A stretch of 40,338 nucleotides of DNA from Trebonia sp. (GTDB lineage Bacteria; Actinomycetota; Actinomycetes; Streptosporangiales; Streptosporangiaceae). The stretch is taken from positions 1-40,338 of the forward strand of contig DATBBI010000502.1 in the NCBI GenBank assembly GCA_036271115.1, given 5' to 3'. The number at the start of each line of letters is the position of its first letter. The first letter of the stretch is position 1. A program made the translations under genes and the position numbers. Shown one piece after another: positions 36,816 to 40,338 of the stretch. Below the pieces are notes generated by a model. That model made no database searches. It worked only from the letters and a program-made list of their open reading frames with translations, and was not told the DNA's origin.

Positions 36816-37876
36816 CCACGCCGAGCGGGCTTCTCGCCTGGGGCCAGGCCGGGGAGTACAACGCCGTGGACGACCGCAGTGTCATCACTGCGCTCGCCAA
36901 CACCCGCAACGGGGTCGTCATCGCGGCGGCGCTGTCGGCCGGCTCCGGCCTGGTGGTGAACATCGCCTCCGGCTGGCTGGCCGTGGCGAACTGCGGCGAC
37001 GGCACGTGCGCGGTGATCGGCAGCCGGGTCGCGCAGTCCGTGACCGTGCCCGCCGGGCCGTCCTCGGGCAGCCTGACGTCCTACATCTGGGCCGACGTGA
37101 ACCCTGACTCGGCGCTCTACACGGTCAACGTGATCACGCCCGCGCAGGCCGCCGGCCGCTCGGGCGTGCTGCTCGGCACCGTCATCGCGAACGCGGGCAA
37201 CAACACCTCCGCGTCCATGACGCTGACCTCGGCGGCGCCGAGCTTCGCCACCGTCGACGGCGTGAACATCGCCACCGTGGAGACCGGGGGGGCCGCCTAC
37301 CTGTACGCCACCAAGTCGGGCATGCTCTACGTTGAGTCGCGTAACCCGCCCGCCGCCGCCGGGACGCTCGTCTGCTCGCTTCAGGACGGGCTGCACCGCA
37401 GCGCCGCCACCGCGACGGACGGCGTGTCGATCACCCCGAAGTGGACCATCCAGCAGGCCGACATGGTGGCCTGGTCGCACTACCGGCTGTGGACCTCCGG
37501 CGTCGGCCACGCGCCCAACCCGGCCGCCGCGTTCTGGTTCGACGTCAGCCTGAACGGGGTCGGCTTCGCGCGGGTCACCTTCCCCTCAGGCACCTACCCG
37601 GCGGGCACCACGTTCAACTTCTGGTGCGAGGCGCACGCCCAGCTCGACACCGGGGCGGTCAACGCGTTCGTCACCATCAAGGTCGACCTCACCGCCGCGT
37701 CGCTCGGCTCGTACACCACCGTCGCGTCGATCATCAACCAGCCGATCCCTAAGTCGGCAAGCTTCATGGTGGTCCGCACCAACCTCGCCCAGGTGACCGG
37801 CGGGTCGGCGGACACCTGGTCATCGGTGTTCCAGCGTGACGGCGGGCAGGACCCCACGGCGCAGATAACGCCGTAG
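36812..37876 (+). CDS. minor tail protein / receptor-binding candidate
   Basis: AGGAGG RBS; YNAVDDR, GLVVNIASG; beta-rich. Confidence 0.7.
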   Translation: MTTPSGLLAWGQAGEYNAVDDRSVITALANTRNGVVIAAALSAGSGLVVNIASGWLAVANCGDGTCAVIGSRVAQSVTVPAGPSSGSLTSYIWADVNPDSALYTVNVITPAQAAGRSGVLLGTVIANAGNNTSASMTLTSAAPSFATVDGVNIATVETGGAAYLYATKSGMLYVESRNPPAAAGTLVCSLQDGLHRSAATATDGVSITPKWTIQQADMVAWSHYRLWTSGVGHAPNPAAAFWFDVSLNGVGFARVTFPSGTYPAGTTFNFWCEAHAQLDTGAVNAFVTIKVDLTAASLGSYTTVASIINQPIPKSASFMVVRTNLAQVTGGSADTWSSVFQRDGGQDPTAQITP

Positions 37877-37916
37877 CGTAGGGGGCGACCGCACCGCCGC
37901 GAGAAAGGACCCCACC

Positions 37917-38045
37917 GTGACCGATGACGACGACCCCCGCATCGAGCCGGCCCCCAACCCGGAACCGCCGCCGGAGCGCCAGGCCGAGAACTGGAACCGG
38001 CCCGGCGACCGCGACGAAGACGAGGACGGGGCAAGCGAGCGGTGA
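37917..38045 (+). CDS. 42-aa acidic Pro-rich peptide (not in ORF track)
   Basis: GAAAGGA RBS; MTDDDDPRIEPAPNPEPPPERQAENWNRPGDRDEDEDGASER; GTGA overlap with the lysin. Confidence 0.55.
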   Translation: MTDDDDPRIEPAPNPEPPPERQAENWNRPGDRDEDEDGASER

Positions 38046-38905
38046 GCCTCAAGCGCGTATGGATCGGCTCGCCGAATTACTCGAGCAGGGGCGGCTCGGC
38101 CGTGCGCCTCATCGTGCTGCACACGTCCGAGGGCGCCCAGACCTACCAGTCGCTAGGTTCCTATTTCCAGGGGCCAGTTGAGGCCAGCTCGCACACCGGC
38201 ATCGACAACGCGGTGCGCGGCACGATCGGCGAGTACGTCAAGCGGGGCAACAAGGCGTGGACTCAGGCCAACGCCAACCCGTCGTGCGTCTCCGCCGAGC
38301 TGTGCACCCCGGCCGGGGCCGCCGCGGGCTGGTCCCGCGACTACTGGCTGAACCAGCAGCGGACCCTGCTCGACAACGCCGCCGACTGGGTGGCGGAGGA
38401 GGCGGCCGCGTTCGGCATCCCCATCGTCGGCCTCAGCGATAGCCAGGCACAGGGCGGCGGGCGCGGCGTGTGCCAGCACATGGACCTCGGGAGCTGGGGC
38501 GGCGGTCACTCCGACTGCGGCGGCGGCTTCCCGATCGACTACGTTCTCGACAAGGCGGCGGGCGGCGGCGGCGAGGCCGCGCCGATCGAGCCAGAGCAGG
38601 AGGAGGAGGAGCCAATGCTGCTAACCGGCATGCTGGAGCCCGGCGAGACCACGACCGTCCCATTCCCCAAGAAGTCGTTCGATCGCGTAATGCTGTTCCA
38701 CACGACTCCCGACGTCGGGTGCCCGGTGCGGTGCACCTTCCACTCGGCTGACGGCCCGAACAACGGCAACAGCATCGTGACCGTCAACGTGACCGACAAC
38801 GGGGTCGGCGGGCAGGCGTTCCCGCACCCCGCGACCACCGACGTCGCCTCGATGACGAACAACGGCGGCGTACGCGTCGCCTGGACGCTGTACTACGGCG
38901 GATAG
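38042..38905 (+). CDS. endolysin, N-acetylmuramoyl-L-alanine amidase
   Basis: IVLHTSEG, ASSH, AWTQ, SAELC, QH...HSDCG Zn-amidase motifs. Confidence 0.9.
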   Translation: MSLKRVWIGSPNYSSRGGSAVRLIVLHTSEGAQTYQSLGSYFQGPVEASSHTGIDNAVRGTIGEYVKRGNKAWTQANANPSCVSAELCTPAGAAAGWSRDYWLNQQRTLLDNAADWVAEEAAAFGIPIVGLSDSQAQGGGRGVCQHMDLGSWGGGHSDCGGGFPIDYVLDKAAGGGGEAAPIEPEQEEEEPMLLTGMLEPGETTTVPFPKKSFDRVMLFHTTPDVGCPVRCTFHSADGPNNGNSIVTVNVTDNGVGGQAFPHPATTDVASMTNNGGVRVAWTLYYGG

Positions 38906-38930
38906 CCGGCCGGCCCGCTACCCTGGCAGG

Positions 38931-38974
38931 GAAAAGCCCGCCCGGTGCCCCCGAGGCAGACCGGGCGGGCTTTC
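38931..38974. terminator. bidirectional intrinsic terminator
   Basis: GAAAAGCCCGCCCGGT...ACCGGGCGGGCTTTC between convergent operons. Confidence 0.8.
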
Positions 38975-38989
38975 TACGTCCCGCGCTGG

Positions 38990-39322
38990 CTAGGTGCGCA
39001 GCCTCCAGCGCCCGGCGTACAGGTCGCCCTCGACGTAGTGCAGCCACTCGCCGCTCACCGGGTGGTAGGCGTCATACAGGTAGTCGCCGTCGATGAACCG
39101 CACGTCCCACCCGGCGGCCGTGAGCGCGTCGGACAGGTGGTCGTCGGCGTTGTTGCCGAAGAACGCCACCCCCGACGACGGCGGCTGGAACGCGTTCAGG
39201 ATCTTCGCCAGCGCCGCGAGGGTATCGGGCTTCAGGTCCCGCACCCGCTCCAGCGTGACCTCGTAGCCGGTCCAGAAGCTATCCAGACCTCCGCCGCCCT
39301 TCGGCTTCTCGTGCTCGCCCAC
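38990..39322 (-). CDS. hypothetical protein
   Basis: GTG start overlapping the upstream TAG; aromatic-rich globular sequence. Confidence 0.7.
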   Translation of the reverse strand: MGEHEKPKGGGGLDSFWTGYEVTLERVRDLKPDTLAALAKILNAFQPPSSGVAFFGNNADDHLSDALTAAGWDVRFIDGDYLYDAYHPVSGEWLHYVEGDLYAGRWRLRT

Positions 39323-39708
39323 TAGTTCCCCTCTCCTGTTGCCTGGGCGGCGGCCGCCGCCAGTTCCTCGTCTGTGGCCGGGCCGAGCGGGTACTTCAGC
39401 CGCCATGACTCGCTGCCGATGAACGGCACCACCCGTTCCAGTTCCCGGCGGCAGTGCGGGCACGTGAACCGGTCGCCGGGCACCTTGTGGTGGATCGCGT
39501 GGCCGAGGGCCTGCCGGGCGGGCACCAGGCGCAGGCACGCCGGGCACCTCATCGGGTTCATGAACATCCGCAGCACGTAGCGCCGCTGCCCGTCTATCGT
39601 GCTGGACGGCCCTGCGGCGGTCAGCAGCTCGCGCTCCGGCTCGGTCAGCTCCCCGAACCGCCGTTCCCAGTCCGCGAGCTGCCCCGCGGTGAGTGCGTCG
39701 TCGGCCAT
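39322..39708 (-). CDS. Zn-ribbon protein (CPAC...CPHC)
   Basis: Coupled start and stop; two CxxC motifs. Confidence 0.7.
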   Translation of the reverse strand: MADDALTAGQLADWERRFGELTEPERELLTAAGPSSTIDGQRRYVLRMFMNPMRCPACLRLVPARQALGHAIHHKVPGDRFTCPHCRRELERVVPFIGSESWRLKYPLGPATDEELAAAAAQATGEGN

Positions 39709-40316
39709 CAGTTCATCTCCCCTGTCTGGACTCGGGCATCGGGGCGCGGGCCGAGGGCGGCGCCGGTCAGCAGCGTGACCATGCGGTCGAGCGCCTCCAC
39801 GACGATCCCGGCCGCCTTGGTCTCTGGGTCGTCCGGCGCCATGACGCGCCGCACCACCCCGATGTGGCCCCGCTTGTGCTCGGCCTGGTAGGTCCAGCCG
39901 TCCCGGTCGACGGCCACGCAGGCGCGGACCTCCACCGCGTCGGGGTGCTGGTACAGCCGGTGGTCGGCGGCCATCTTCTGCACCCGCCGCCACGCGTGGT
40001 GGTCGTTCATCGAGGGCTCAGGCCACACGGTCCACCCCTCGTGCAAGAACGCCACCGCGTGCAGCGTGCCGTGCTCGGTCGGCTCCCGGTCAGTGATGCC
40101 GCACATGGCCATCACCTCGGCGATCCTCTCCAGCCCGGCGGCGGTCCCGCCGAACGCCTCCCACTGGAGGCGGGGCACCTGCACCGGGACCATGGTGACG
40201 ACCCGGCCCGCCACGTAGACGCGCAGCAGCTCCGGGTCGGCGTCCCACACCTGGGAACGCTCCACCATGTCCGCCAGCGCGTGGGAGATCGCCTTGTTGA
40301 GCTGGCTATGGATCAT
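39708..40316 (-). CDS. hypothetical protein, 202 aa
   Basis: Coupled at both ends; typical codon use. Confidence 0.75.
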   Translation of the reverse strand: MIHSQLNKAISHALADMVERSQVWDADPELLRVYVAGRVVTMVPVQVPRLQWEAFGGTAAGLERIAEVMAMCGITDREPTEHGTLHAVAFLHEGWTVWPEPSMNDHHAWRRVQKMAADHRLYQHPDAVEVRACVAVDRDGWTYQAEHKRGHIGVVRRVMAPDDPETKAAGIVVEALDRMVTLLTGAALGPRPDARVQTGEMN

Positions 40317-40338
40317 GACGGGCCGCCGCTCAACGGGA

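Noticed and set aside
40198-40338. 141-bp terminal direct repeat as a biological DTR
   Set aside because: It cuts through coding sequence and its length equals a common assembler k-mer size, so it is best read as circular overlap
1-40338. tRNA, rRNA, reverse transcriptase/DGR or transposase
   Set aside because: No cloverleaf, RT motif, template/variable repeat pair or transposase was recognisable by eye; tRNAscan-SE and HMM searches would be needed to exclude them formally

Overview
This window is a complete, circularly assembled temperate siphovirus genome of about 40.2 kb. It is very GC-rich and the host is probably an actinobacterium. Bases 1-141 are repeated exactly at 40198-40338. Gene order: a leftward accessory operon (RHH regulator plus four small genes, wrapping across the contig junction), a candidate attP inverted repeat and a large serine integrase. 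Then early genes (XRE HTH, PD-(D/E)XK exonuclease, RecT-like annealase, resolvase, replication initiator with internal iterons) and a displaced tail-type protein carrying a six-hairpin glycosidase. Next come a small leftward operon containing an orphan tail-assembly-chaperone paralog, an HNH-ParB-glycosyltransferase-terS block, and a 4.3 kb accessory insert between terS and terL. The late module is terL, portal, scaffold, capsid, neck, tail with a -1 frameshift chaperone, tape measure with NlpC/P60 and lysozyme domains, baseplate and amidase endolysin. The most unusual element is a ~1.15 kb segment (16414-17563) that lacks CGA/TCG, CAA/TTG and CAG and has only 3 CTG. It encodes a recoded copy of a Zn-binding domain whose normally coded paralog lies ~2.5 kb downstream. 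It sits beside a candidate packaging site and is flanked by repeat arrays. All calls come from reading the sequence by eye; no database searches were run.
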